A DNA stretch of 64,000 nt from Gammaproteobacteria bacterium (GTDB lineage Bacteria; Pseudomonadota; Gammaproteobacteria; CAJXQU01): contig OZ245018.1 in assembly GCA_965223825.1 (NCBI GenBank), positions 1,939,792 to 2,003,791 on the forward strand, given 5' to 3'. Of this stretch, positions 35,906-46,170 are shown piece after piece. Both the position numbers and the translations under genes were made by a program. Every line of letters begins with the position of its first letter. Position 1 is the stretch's first letter. The notes under the pieces were generated by a model, which did not search any database, had not been told where the DNA came from, and saw only the letters and a list, made by a program, of their open reading frames with translations.

Positions 35906-38725
35906 ATGTTCAGCTTCACAAAAAATAGCAAAACACTCACTCTTGCTCTCAGTATTTTTATAACTAGTACACTCAACTCTAATTCTCTTCTCGCTATCGA
36001 ACTGTCACTAGAAAACGTTGACGGTGATTTTGGTGTGGAGTTGCTTGGTTCCAATACAACGACCAATTTTGGTTTAGTCAGAGACTACCAAATCGCAACG
36101 ACTACGTACGGAGTTAATGACGTAGTCACTTTAAGAAGTTCAGGTTCCGGTAGCTACATCGATTTCTATTTTCCTTTTAGTAAAAAATTCGACAGCCCGA
36201 CAGCGTCACTATACGAATGGGGTATCTCAGGAAGGTATTACTACTCCCCCAATAGAACAATCGATTTGTTTTCCGTCGGAGATGTAAATAGTGATGGCAG
36301 AGATGACATGATTCTTCTTTACGACAATCAAAAAAAGTTATTTTATGGATCAACATTTCAAAATATGTCAACGAATCTTGCTAGTACCACCTCATGGGAA
36401 AATAGAGGCATAACTTTTTCCCAGCTCCTTTTTGAAAATATAAGAAATGCGATTCCTTTAGGAGATATCAATGGCGATGGTGATAAGGATTTCCTGATGG
36501 AGACTCGCACCAATGCGAATAATGATACAGGGACTATCACTGAGCATACGCTTCATGTTGTTTTTGGCGGTGAATACAAACCCGTTGATATTTCATCAGA
36601 TGAGCTAGATGGGTACAGTGGCTTCACCATTACCCTACCAGCAAACAATAAGGTGAAAACATATGCTGGAAATGGCGATATCAATGGAGATGGACTCGCT
36701 GATATAGTGATCAGTAGCACGTACCCTTCTCAAAACACCAGCTTGGGAATATATGTGATTTACGGTCGCCCCCAATTTCCACTAAATATCGATTTGGATA
36801 CATTCAGTCCCTCTGATGATGAAGGTTATATTTTAGACCTCGTAGGTACTGGATTTAGCACTCCGGGGGATTTGGCGCTTTTAGACTTTAATGGTGATGG
36901 TTACTCGGACATCGTTAGTAGGATGGGAATAATATATGGTTCAGCCGAACCATTCTCGACAGGCACCCGTTTTACAAGTCTCGAAACACCAGATGTTACT
37001 CAGTTTAATTTTAATCATGCCTATATGCGAAATGGCGGTGATTTTGATGGGGATGGTCGAGATGAAATTTTAGTTTCTCAAACTCGTTTAAAAGATCCTG
37101 TACCCAATTCTCTTTATACCCACGATCACTTAACCACTATCATCTTTGGACGCTCAGACTTTCCAAGTGAAATTGACCCCGACACACTCGGTTCAGCTGA
37201 AAAAATCACCATTGTCGGCAGTGGTAATTTTGATGCTGAAAATCCCAATTTTGCGCGTGCAGGCGACTTAAATGGAGATGGACTTGCTGATCTTAAGATC
37301 GGAAATAATAATGACAATGGAGGGAATGGTTCATTACATATCGTATTTGGTGACCCAAATCGATGGTCAGACTCTTACGTTGATACATTCAACAGTATCA
37401 CGACCTACCGCAGTGGTTTCCAAGGCTCCATTCAATCTGCCGGTTGGAATTATTACTGGAACCCCATAGCCGCAATCGGGGATTCTTCTCATTATCAACA
37501 ACTAAAATGGACTAGTTGGAATTACGATAACGATGGCATCAGTGGTCGTAGTGATGATCAACTTAATTACGGTAATTTAAATGAAAATGGTGGTCACCCA
37601 GGTAAAGGCGCCGAGCAAGGAGGCGTATCCTACGACCGATATGTAATCGCGGCATATCAAGCAAGCCAAGATGGTGTGTACGCCATTCAGGATAGCTTTA
37701 TCGATCACACGACTTCAAGCTGCGCGCAATGGAGTAATGGCGATGATATTCGAGTTTATGTTAACGACTCTCTCCAATTATCTGTTCCACTCCCCAAACA
37801 GGGCTCAGCCAGTTTTGATACTGCTTTAGGTTCACTGAACGCAGGAGATCAAATTTATGTTGCGATTGGACCAAACGGGCGTGATGGTTGTGATGGTTTC
37901 AGTATGGATTACGCTATCGCGATTGAGGGTACCCTATTGAATACTGCACCCGTCTTGAATCATATTGCTGATCAAGTCACTAATCAGGGTATCTCTGTAT
38001 CGATGTCAGTGAACGCATCAGATACTGACTCATTAACTTATTCAGCCATTGGTTTACCCACCGGCTTAAACCTCAGCTCAAGCGGTATTATCAACGGTAC
38101 ACCAAACACGGCAGGTAGTTACAGTGTCTTGGTGACAGCAACCGATCCAAGCGGTGCTTATGATCACCAATCTTTCAACTGGACGATTGGCAATACGAGC
38201 ACTGTGCTTGCTGGCTATCAAGCTGATTTTGCCAGCACGGCTAATTGGTCTTACCTGTGGAATGCCGATAGCAGCATTGGTAATGAAAGTGGTTATGTGG
38301 GGCTTGCTTGGAGTGGCTCAGATTTCCGCAGTGGTGAGTCAAGTTATCCCGCCTCCAGTGAATTACGTTACGGCTTCCTCGGACCACGCCGCAGTCATCC
38401 TGGTGCAGGGATAAATATTGCAACCGAAAACAGGTACGTGATCGCCGCATACACCTTCGATCAACCGGGTAGTTATCGATTAGAAAATGCCTATATCGAG
38501 CACCTTGTTTCAAGCTGCTCTGCATACAGTAATGGCGGTGAAGTTCATGTCTATATCAACGATAGCTTGGTTGATTCCTTCACATATGCACCTGAATCAT
38601 ACAATACGTTTAACATGCCGTTAGGTACTGCCAGTGTCGGCGATAAACTTTATGTTGCCGTCGGACCAAATGGCGCTGATGGCTGTGATTCTTTCGGCAT
38701 GGATTACTCCATCGTGCTGGAATAA
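35906..38725 (+). CDS. Large secreted FG-GAP/VCBS-repeat protein with Ig-like (dystroglycan-type) domain and two copies of an uncharacterised Cys-containing C-terminal domain
   Basis: 939 aa; signal peptide; repeated DxNGDGxxD(I/L/F) motifs (DINGDGDKDF, DINGDGLADIV, DFNGDGYSDIV, DFDGDGRDEIL, DLNGDGLADLKIG); putative Ig segment APVLNHIADQVTNQGISVS...; duplicated ~190-aa domain ending GPNG(R/A)DGCD(G/S)F(S/G)MDY. Confidence 0.85.
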   Translation: MFSFTKNSKTLTLALSIFITSTLNSNSLLAIELSLENVDGDFGVELLGSNTTTNFGLVRDYQIATTTYGVNDVVTLRSSGSGSYIDFYFPFSKKFDSPTASLYEWGISGRYYYSPNRTIDLFSVGDVNSDGRDDMILLYDNQKKLFYGSTFQNMSTNLASTTSWENRGITFSQLLFENIRNAIPLGDINGDGDKDFLMETRTNANNDTGTITEHTLHVVFGGEYKPVDISSDELDGYSGFTITLPANNKVKTYAGNGDINGDGLADIVISSTYPSQNTSLGIYVIYGRPQFPLNIDLDTFSPSDDEGYILDLVGTGFSTPGDLALLDFNGDGYSDIVSRMGIIYGSAEPFSTGTRFTSLETPDVTQFNFNHAYMRNGGDFDGDGRDEILVSQTRLKDPVPNSLYTHDHLTTIIFGRSDFPSEIDPDTLGSAEKITIVGSGNFDAENPNFARAGDLNGDGLADLKIGNNNDNGGNGSLHIVFGDPNRWSDSYVDTFNSITTYRSGFQGSIQSAGWNYYWNPIAAIGDSSHYQQLKWTSWNYDNDGISGRSDDQLNYGNLNENGGHPGKGAEQGGVSYDRYVIAAYQASQDGVYAIQDSFIDHTTSSCAQWSNGDDIRVYVNDSLQLSVPLPKQGSASFDTALGSLNAGDQIYVAIGPNGRDGCDGFSMDYAIAIEGTLLNTAPVLNHIADQVTNQGISVSMSVNASDTDSLTYSAIGLPTGLNLSSSGIINGTPNTAGSYSVLVTATDPSGAYDHQSFNWTIGNTSTVLAGYQADFASTANWSYLWNADSSIGNESGYVGLAWSGSDFRSGESSYPASSELRYGFLGPRRSHPGAGINIATENRYVIAAYTFDQPGSYRLENAYIEHLVSSCSAYSNGGEVHVYINDSLVDSFTYAPESYNTFNMPLGTASVGDKLYVAVGPNGADGCDSFGMDYSIVLE

Positions 38726-38757
38726 CCTAACCTGTAACGATATTTCCGAAAATATTA

Positions 38758-38795
38758 ATAGCTGATCAGATACCTCTGATCAGCTATTTTTTTAA
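38758..38795 (+). terminator. Rho-independent terminator after FG-GAP gene
   Basis: AGCTGATCAGatacctCTGATCAGCT + T7. Confidence 0.8.
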
Positions 38796-38852
38796 TATCT
38801 CGATCTCAAAACACCTCTATTTCACTTCAACGCGATGTAATAAAGACTTATG

Positions 38853-39078
38853 CAATGATGCGGTGCAGCATCGCACCAGCCATGTGCAATATTTCAGGTT
38901 AGGGTCTGATCTTAATACTATAACCCATTGTTTAAATTGAGAATTTAATGTTGGCATGGTATCTGCAAACTCTATTGTAATTGGTCTCCACCAACCGCTC
39001 CCGCAAAGGGACACCCTTGTGGGCTCAGAGAAAGAATTGCGAACCGTTCTGCGACTCTGAGCCCACTCTTTTATTTTC
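38853..39078 (+). repeat. Copy 1 of a ~230-bp non-coding element (candidate sRNA; internal hairpins and 3' terminator-like stem GGGCTCAGAG...CTCTGAGCCC + T-rich)
   Basis: ~97% identical to 39249..39485; preceded by terminator/AT-rich DNA; ends in strong stem-loop followed by actcttttattttc. Confidence 0.7.
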
Positions 39079-39248
39079 ATTCTTCCGGTTGAGTTCAAAC
39101 TTCATTCATTAAAAAACTTTGAATAATTCAATTTTTAATTAAAAACTTATTTTTTCTAATATATTTTTAAAACGTTTAAATAAAATTGAGTGATTTTTTA
39201 AATCATTTATTCTCAAACCCCATGTTCTCAAAGTGAAGCGTAAAATCT

Positions 39249-39485
39249 AACTCACATGTAATGATGCGGTGCAGCATCGCACCAGCCATGTGCAATATTT
39301 CAGGTTAGGGTCTGACCTTGAAACTATAACCCATTGTTTAAATTAAGAATTTAATGTTGGCATGGTATCTGCAATCTCTATTGTAATTGGTCTCCACCAA
39401 CCGCTCCCGCAAAGGGACACCCTTGTGGGCTCAGAGAAAGAATTGCGAACCGTTCTGCGACTCTGAGCCCACTCTTTTAATTTTC
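39249..39485 (+). repeat. Copy 2 of the ~230-bp non-coding element
   Basis: Direct repeat of 38853..39078 separated by ~170 bp of very AT-rich DNA (39080-39248); minus-strand ORF seen in copy 1 is not preserved here. Confidence 0.7.
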
Positions 39486-39588
39486 TCCCTTACTTTTTAT
39501 GAAAATAACTTTTCAATAAACGAAAAAAAACGTGTTAACCTCGTAGCAAGATTACACGTTTTTTAGTAAAAAAGTTGAATCGTTAAAA

Positions 39589-40506
39589 CTAATCAGGAAC
39601 TGTCATTTTACCTTCGCTAACTAACACAGCAGGGCCACCAACTCGCACAACTAACTTATCCGGTTTGTTATCCATTTCAATATTCAAAATACTATGTCGA
39701 GTATTTTCCATACCACGATCAATGGTGAACGTATGCGTGCCGTGTTTGATATGTTTGTGTTGACTTAAGTAAGCTGTAAATGCTGGCATGGCAGAACCGA
39801 TCGGTAAATCTTCTGAATGACTAATTTCAGGTCCGACCAAGCGGCCATGAAAATCCGGTGTTCCACCACCGCGCGTTGGGGTAACGAGAAGAATTTCACG
39901 TGCCAATGTGGCTGGCGCGCTGGATAAGCTCCACGCGATAAAATCAAATTTCGCTTTTCGCACTGCAGGATAGGTTTTGATCGGAACGATCAAATAGTTT
40001 TTCCCACAAGAAACTAACAACGGTTTTAATTTAGGTGAACCTAATTCTGATGCCGAAAGCTTCAAAATATCCGCCAGCTCTTCCTCGGGTGGTACAAAAT
40101 GATCAATTTCTGATTTCACCGGCATAGAAAACATCACCATGCTCGGTTTCTTATCTTCAGTAGAGGAAATAAACGTATCGACCACGCCAATATTTTGTTC
40201 AAACTTAACTGGTGTACCGTTTTCTGTAAGTTTTAAATCACCAATTGTGCTGAGTATCCACCCTGTTGCTATGATCGGATGTCCACCAAAATCCACTTCT
40301 CCCAATGGTGAGAAAATTCGCAACCGTCGATAGGCTTCTTCACGATTTTCACCGAAAACAAAAACAGTTTCCGATAAATTCATTTCCTTTGCGATCCGTT
40401 GCATCAAGTCTTTTGTCATGCCATCAGCATTTGGAAAAACTGCTATTTGCGCACCTTGAAAAATGCGTGTCGTAAAGACATCGGCAATATAGTAATCGTA
40501 CTGCAT
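39589..40506 (-). CDS. PhzF-family (phenazine-biosynthesis-like) isomerase
   Basis: 305 aa; N-terminal YIADVFT...GAQIAVF motif characteristic of PhzF/YddE. Confidence 0.85.
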   Translation of the reverse strand: MQYDYYIADVFTTRIFQGAQIAVFPNADGMTKDLMQRIAKEMNLSETVFVFGENREEAYRRLRIFSPLGEVDFGGHPIIATGWILSTIGDLKLTENGTPVKFEQNIGVVDTFISSTEDKKPSMVMFSMPVKSEIDHFVPPEEELADILKLSASELGSPKLKPLLVSCGKNYLIVPIKTYPAVRKAKFDFIAWSLSSAPATLAREILLVTPTRGGGTPDFHGRLVGPEISHSEDLPIGSAMPAFTAYLSQHKHIKHGTHTFTIDRGMENTRHSILNIEMDNKPDKLVVRVGGPAVLVSEGKMTVPD

Positions 40507-40519
40507 ACCCGCTCCCCTG

Positions 40520-43207
40520 TTATTTAGCTAAGCTGATGGCATCGTCTTGCTGAAGCGACATTTCACTTAGTAATGTTTGTAATTCTGGTTTACATGAACC
40601 GCAGTTCGTTCCCGCTTTGAGACACTTCCCAATTTGATCAACGCTCACCAGGTTTTGTTCGATAATTGCATTATTTATTGTGTTTTGCCCGACATTAAAA
40701 CACGAACACACAACAGGCCCTGTGTCTGCCGATGGATCGGCTGGTCGACCGGACAAAAGATTAAAACGCGCTTCTGTTTCAAATTCAGCTTCGTGAAACT
40801 GCGTTAATAACCAGTCACGTGCTGGCAGTAGATCGTAATCGTTAGCAACAAATATGCAGGCTTCAATACGACCATCCTTAAAAAAAACGGCGCGATAAGC
40901 ACCCGACTTTTCATCCTGATATTCCATCACATCAAGATCATCGTCCAAGATCGATAACTGTTCTTTTACATTATCTTTCCACAATGTCGATTCTGTAGAA
41001 TTGGCCATTTCATATCGCCAGAACTCATCTTCGATCGCCAATGCCCAATAATCAGCTGCTGGTGAAATTATCTTACGCCGACTCAAAATAAAACCATGTT
41101 GTACTGATAAAAAAGGTTGAATATTTACCGGGCTATATTTAAATTCAGGTTGCCCTGAAAACGGATCATTCGACGAAAACACTAACGTATCAACTCGCGC
41201 TGAGGAAGCAAATTGTGCGTTCCAATGGATCGGTACAAATACCTCACCTGGCCGTTGATCATCACTGATTTTCAAGCGAACGGTGATCCCCCCCTTCTCA
41301 CTCTGCACTGATACAAGCTGCTGTTCTTTCAACGAAAGTGACGCCGCTGTATTAGGATGAATCGTCGCGTAAGGTTCAATAATATGCCGTGACAACGTTG
41401 GTGCTTTACCCGTTCTCGTCATCGTATGCCAATGATCGCGTACACGCCCAGTATTCAACACAAACGGATAGTCTTTCGTGATCGCATTTTTAGGAGAGAA
41501 ATAGCTTAGCGGTAAGAATTGCGCTTTTTTGGTTGCCGTAAAAAACTGGCCATCACCAAACAGTCTTGTTGTCGATTGTGACTTTTCTTTTATTGGCCAT
41601 TGTTTTGGGATAAATGCATCATACTCACCGTCATCCAAATCCTTTAAACCGCTAATATCAAAATCACGCTCACCGGTATTTTCAAAACCAGACAACGCTG
41701 CGTGTTCGCGAAACACGTCCGCAGCCGACGAAAAGTTAAATCCATCTGTAAATCCCATACGCTGCGCAACTTGACTGATAATCCACCAATCATGACGAGC
41801 ATCACCGGATGTAGGCATGAACGATCGCATTCGCGAAATACGTCTTTCTGAGTTTGTGACAGTGCCAGACTTTTCAGCCCAGCCTGTGGCGGGTAATAAA
41901 ATATCAGCACAATCCGTTGTGTCAGTATTTTGCACGCAATCCGACGCGATCACGAGATCGCATTTTTTTAATGCCGCTTTTACACGATCAGCATCCGGCA
42001 TACTTACCACAGGATTTGTCGCCATGATCCAAACTGCTTTGACTTTCCCTTCTTCCACTGCCTGAAATAAATCAACGGCTTTTAAACCCGGTTTTTTTGC
42101 GATCACCGGCGACGACCAAAAGCGTTGTACTAAATCAGTCTCTTTCGGATTAAAGTCCATGTGTGCTGCTAACATGTTAGCCAAACCACCTACTTCTCGT
42201 CCGCCCATCGCATTTGGTTGGCCCGTAATCGAAAACGCACCACTACCTTCTTTTCCAATGCGTCCCATTGCCAGATGACAATTAATGATCGCATTAACTT
42301 TATCCGTACCACTCGAAGATTGATTAACGCCTTGAGAAAATAAACTGATCGTTTTTTCTGTCTCTGCAAATGCTGCATAAAAAGCGCGAACATCATCGGC
42401 AGACACATCACAAATTTCAGCGACTTTTTCTACAGTTGGAGATGTCTTTTCAGCACTCACAATTGCGGCATCAAAACCTTCTGTAAACGCATTGATATAG
42501 TCAGCTTTATGCAAACTGTTAGATGTGAGATAAGTCAGAAGTCCATTAAAGAGCACGACATCGGTTCCCGGCTTAATGGGTAAGTGAAGCCATGCCCCAT
42601 CACAACTAGCGGTTTTACGTGGGTCAACAACGATCATACGTAAATTGTCACGCCCTTCCGCCGCCGCTTTCATGCGTTGGTATAAAACCGGGTGACACCA
42701 AGCGGCATTTGAACCGATCAACACCATGAGATCCGCTTTCTCTAGATCTTCATAGCAATTCGCGACCGTATCCTTACCGAATGCACGCTTATGACCCGCC
42801 ACGGCAGATGACATACACAAACGTGAGTTCGTGTCGATATTCGCCGATCCAATATAGCCTTTCATTAGCTTATTCGCGACGTAGTAATCTTCCGTCAGTA
42901 ACTGACCAGAAACATAAAATGCCACAGCCTCGGGGCCATGTTTTGCAATTACATCTTTGAGCCCATCAGCAACGGCAGACAACGCCGTGTCCCAATCCGT
43001 TAACGTTCCATTGATGTGCGGATGTAAAAGACGCCCTTCCATGTCAACGGTTTCAGCTAACGCTGAACCCTTTGAACAAAGCCTTCCAAGATTTGCAGGG
43101 TGACTGGAATCACCTTTGACCTGATACCCCCCAGACTCATTCTGGGAAATAATCACGCCACAACCTACCCCGCAATATGGGCATGTGGTTTGAACAGCAC
43201 TATTCAT
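40520..43207 (-). CDS. nasA: Assimilatory nitrate reductase catalytic subunit (molybdopterin), with C-terminal BFD-like [2Fe-2S] extension
   Basis: 895 aa; N-terminal CPYCGVGCG 4Fe-4S motif, MoCo-binding regions, C-terminal CSCFNVG...CGSCKPEL. Confidence 0.9.
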   Translation of the reverse strand: MNSAVQTTCPYCGVGCGVIISQNESGGYQVKGDSSHPANLGRLCSKGSALAETVDMEGRLLHPHINGTLTDWDTALSAVADGLKDVIAKHGPEAVAFYVSGQLLTEDYYVANKLMKGYIGSANIDTNSRLCMSSAVAGHKRAFGKDTVANCYEDLEKADLMVLIGSNAAWCHPVLYQRMKAAAEGRDNLRMIVVDPRKTASCDGAWLHLPIKPGTDVVLFNGLLTYLTSNSLHKADYINAFTEGFDAAIVSAEKTSPTVEKVAEICDVSADDVRAFYAAFAETEKTISLFSQGVNQSSSGTDKVNAIINCHLAMGRIGKEGSGAFSITGQPNAMGGREVGGLANMLAAHMDFNPKETDLVQRFWSSPVIAKKPGLKAVDLFQAVEEGKVKAVWIMATNPVVSMPDADRVKAALKKCDLVIASDCVQNTDTTDCADILLPATGWAEKSGTVTNSERRISRMRSFMPTSGDARHDWWIISQVAQRMGFTDGFNFSSAADVFREHAALSGFENTGERDFDISGLKDLDDGEYDAFIPKQWPIKEKSQSTTRLFGDGQFFTATKKAQFLPLSYFSPKNAITKDYPFVLNTGRVRDHWHTMTRTGKAPTLSRHIIEPYATIHPNTAASLSLKEQQLVSVQSEKGGITVRLKISDDQRPGEVFVPIHWNAQFASSARVDTLVFSSNDPFSGQPEFKYSPVNIQPFLSVQHGFILSRRKIISPAADYWALAIEDEFWRYEMANSTESTLWKDNVKEQLSILDDDLDVMEYQDEKSGAYRAVFFKDGRIEACIFVANDYDLLPARDWLLTQFHEAEFETEARFNLLSGRPADPSADTGPVVCSCFNVGQNTINNAIIEQNLVSVDQIGKCLKAGTNCGSCKPELQTLLSEMSLQQDDAISLAK

Positions 43208-43214
43208 TTTGTTC

Positions 43215-43577
43215 TTAAGCTTTTTCTAAAATTTCGACAATGCCATCGTTAACCCTTACAGTAAACGTCTTTAGTTTCACGTTTTCATCTTGTAAGCATT
43301 GCCCCGATTCCAGACAAAAATGTTGTTTATAAAGTGGTGAGGAAACGACGGCTTTGCCTTTTACATCACCAACGATGCCTCGTGATAAAACATTAGCGTT
43401 TCCGAAAGGATCAAAATTACTGATCGCATAAATATCACTTTCATCGTCACCAACTTTAAATACAGCAACCTGCTCATCTGCAACCAACGCGCAGACGCCA
43501 TCATTTATCGTGAGCTCTTCCAATGGACAGAGCGTAACCCAAGTTTCATTTGTCATTTTATTCGCAGCCACATTCAT
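43215..43577 (-). CDS. nirD: Nitrite reductase [NAD(P)H] small subunit NirD
   Basis: 120 aa Rieske-like fold; directly downstream of nirB. Confidence 0.9.
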   Translation of the reverse strand: MNVAANKMTNETWVTLCPLEELTINDGVCALVADEQVAVFKVGDDESDIYAISNFDPFGNANVLSRGIVGDVKGKAVVSSPLYKQHFCLESGQCLQDENVKLKTFTVRVNDGIVEILEKA

Positions 43578-43583
43578 GTTGTA

Positions 43584-46115
43584 TTATCCAACTTTCTTAA
43601 AGTGAATTTTTTCTTCTTTTGTTGCAGGACGGATCTGATCACGTTCCTGAACAAAGACAACGTTATTATCATCAGCATCGCTGTTAACAAAATGACGGAA
43701 ACGTTTTACTTTTTCTTCATCTTCGATCGTCGTTTTCCACTCACATTGATATGTATCAACAACCAACTCCATCTCATCTTCAAGCTGTTTCGCTAAGCCA
43801 AGTTTGTCGTCGATAATCACGGATTGAAGGTGTTCAAGCCCCCCCTCCATGTTTTCCATCCACGTGGATGTTCGTTGTAACCGATCAGCCGTTCGAACAT
43901 AAAACATGAGCAAGCGATCGATATATTTAATCAATGTTTCTTTATCCAGATCCGGTGCAAAAAGATCAGCATGACGAGGTTTAATTCCACCGTTACCACA
44001 GACATACAGATTCCAACCATTTTCCGTTGCGATCACGCCAATATCTTTACCCTGTGCTTCTGCACATTCGCGCGTACAACCTGACACTGCAAATTTAATT
44101 TTATGTGGTGAACGTAGTCCTTTGTAACGATTTTCCAGCTCGATAGCGAGGCCAACACTGTCATCAACACCGTAACGGCACCACGTGCTACCTACACAAG
44201 ATTTCACTGTGCGTAACGATTTTGCATACGCGTGACCTGATTCAAAACCCGCATCCACTAACTCTTTCCAAATATCCGGTAATTGATTTAAACGTGCACC
44301 GAAAAAATCAATACGTTGACCGCCAGTAATTTTAGTATATAAGCCATACTTCGTACCGACATTACCGAGAACAGTTAGTTTTTCTGGCGTGATTTCACCA
44401 CCTGCGATTCGCGGAACGACAGAATACGTTCCGTCTTTTTGCATATTCGCTAAATAACGATCATTCGTGTCTTGCAACCCACGGTGATCTTTTTCAAGAA
44501 CATAATCATTCCAGCAAGAGGCAAGGATCGACGCAACCGCAGGTTTACAAATCTCGCAACCTTTACCTTGTCCATGTTTATCTAATAATTCTTTAAATGA
44601 TTTAATTTCTTCGACGCGAACAAGATGATAAAGATCTTGTCGAGTGTAAGGAAAATGTTCACAAATATCAGTGTTAACTTCCATCCCAAGTTTGGCCATT
44701 TCACTGTTCATAACTTGTGTCATTAATGGCACACAACCACCACAACCTGTGCCCGCATTTGTACAACTTTTCAGCTCGCCGATCGTCACAGCACCTTCTT
44801 GAACTGCAGCACATAAATCGCCTTTCGACACATTATTACATGAACAAATTTGTGCAGAATCTGGAAAAGAATCTACACCAATGCCCGCCATACCGCTGCC
44901 GTCACGATCTGGCAATATCATTGAATCTGGAAATTCTGGTAATTCAATGGCATTCAACATCATCTGCAATAAGTTACCGTAAGCATCGGCTTCGCCAAGT
45001 AAAATACCACCAAGTAAATGTTTTTTATCGGCGCTAATAACGATTTTTTTGTATATGCCGTTCGGCTGATCGATATACGTGTAGTTTAACGCGCCTGGTG
45101 TACGACCGTGTGCATCACCAAAGCTTGCAACATCGACGCCCATGAGTTTCAACTTCGTACTCATGTCCGCGCCAGTAAATGATTCTTTCCCATCAACCAG
45201 ATGATCAGCTGCAACTGCCGCCATCGTATAGCCCGGTGCAACCAAACCAAAAATTTGATTATTCCAAAGCGCACATTCACCAATGGCATAAATATCCGGA
45301 TCACTTGTTTGACAATGATTATTGATCACGATGCCACCACGTGGGCCGATTTCCAGATCACAATCACGTGCAATTTCATCACGAGGTCGAATGCCTGCAG
45401 AGAAGACGATCAGATCGGTTTCTAACGATTCGCCATCTTCAAACTCCATACGGTTAATCGTGCTATGACCATCGGTGATATTAATCGTATTTTTAGAAGT
45501 ATGAACTTTAACGCCCATCTCCTCGATTTTATTCTTAAGTACATTTCCACCGGCATCATCAATTTGCACAGCCATTAAACGAGGTGCAAATTCAACAACA
45601 TGTGTTTCTAAGCCTAAATCTTTGATCGCTTTCGCGGCTTCTAATCCAAGCAAACCACCACCAACAACCGTACCGACTTTAGAGTTAGCACCAGCTTGAG
45701 TGATCGCCTCTAGGTCCTCAATTGTCCGATAAACTAAGCACGCTTCGCGCTCATGGCCAGGAACCGGCGGTACAAAAGGAAATGAACCTGTGGCGAGAAT
45801 TAATTTGTCATACTCAACTGTTCGGCCTTGAGAAGATGTGACGGTTTTTGCATCCCGATCAATTTTATCTGCCTTGTCGTTAAGATGAACAACCACACCG
45901 TTCTCATCATAAAAGCCCTCTTCAACCAAGGACAGATCTTCTGCTGTACTCCCCGAAAAAAACGCGGATAAATGAACCCTGTCATATGCATAACGAGGCT
46001 CCTCACAGAAAGTAATAATTTCAAAATCATCACGGTTTTCTGCTTTCACCAGCTCCTCGATAAAGCGGTGTCCGACCATACCGTTCCCAATAATGACGAT
46101 GCGTTGTTTGCTCAT
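43584..46115 (-). CDS. nirB: Nitrite reductase [NAD(P)H] large subunit NirB
   Basis: FAD/NAD Rossmann (IIGNGMVGHRF), BFD-like CxxC, sirohaem/4Fe-4S nitrite/sulfite reductase motifs; start taken at MSKQRIVIIG. Confidence 0.95.
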   Translation of the reverse strand: MSKQRIVIIGNGMVGHRFIEELVKAENRDDFEIITFCEEPRYAYDRVHLSAFFSGSTAEDLSLVEEGFYDENGVVVHLNDKADKIDRDAKTVTSSQGRTVEYDKLILATGSFPFVPPVPGHEREACLVYRTIEDLEAITQAGANSKVGTVVGGGLLGLEAAKAIKDLGLETHVVEFAPRLMAVQIDDAGGNVLKNKIEEMGVKVHTSKNTINITDGHSTINRMEFEDGESLETDLIVFSAGIRPRDEIARDCDLEIGPRGGIVINNHCQTSDPDIYAIGECALWNNQIFGLVAPGYTMAAVAADHLVDGKESFTGADMSTKLKLMGVDVASFGDAHGRTPGALNYTYIDQPNGIYKKIVISADKKHLLGGILLGEADAYGNLLQMMLNAIELPEFPDSMILPDRDGSGMAGIGVDSFPDSAQICSCNNVSKGDLCAAVQEGAVTIGELKSCTNAGTGCGGCVPLMTQVMNSEMAKLGMEVNTDICEHFPYTRQDLYHLVRVEEIKSFKELLDKHGQGKGCEICKPAVASILASCWNDYVLEKDHRGLQDTNDRYLANMQKDGTYSVVPRIAGGEITPEKLTVLGNVGTKYGLYTKITGGQRIDFFGARLNQLPDIWKELVDAGFESGHAYAKSLRTVKSCVGSTWCRYGVDDSVGLAIELENRYKGLRSPHKIKFAVSGCTRECAEAQGKDIGVIATENGWNLYVCGNGGIKPRHADLFAPDLDKETLIKYIDRLLMFYVRTADRLQRTSTWMENMEGGLEHLQSVIIDDKLGLAKQLEDEMELVVDTYQCEWKTTIEDEEKVKRFRHFVNSDADDNNVVFVQERDQIRPATKEEKIHFKKVG

Positions 46116-46170
46116 GCCCATACCTCTAACTTAAATTCGTTGCCTAATAAAATGAGTGCCAGGTTTCTCA

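Noticed and set aside
38817-39098. 93-aa minus-strand ORF inside repeat copy 1
   Set aside because: The equivalent frame is not open in the 97%-identical copy 2 (no ORF ≥60 aa is reported there), so the element is more likely non-coding.
38853-39485. Hammerhead or other self-cleaving ribozyme, or tmRNA/6S RNA identity, for the 230-bp elements
   Set aside because: CTGATC and GCGAACC only loosely resemble the CUGANGA/GAAA hammerhead core. There is no tmRNA tag-reading frame or 6S-like bubble. I left the call as an unassigned structured element.
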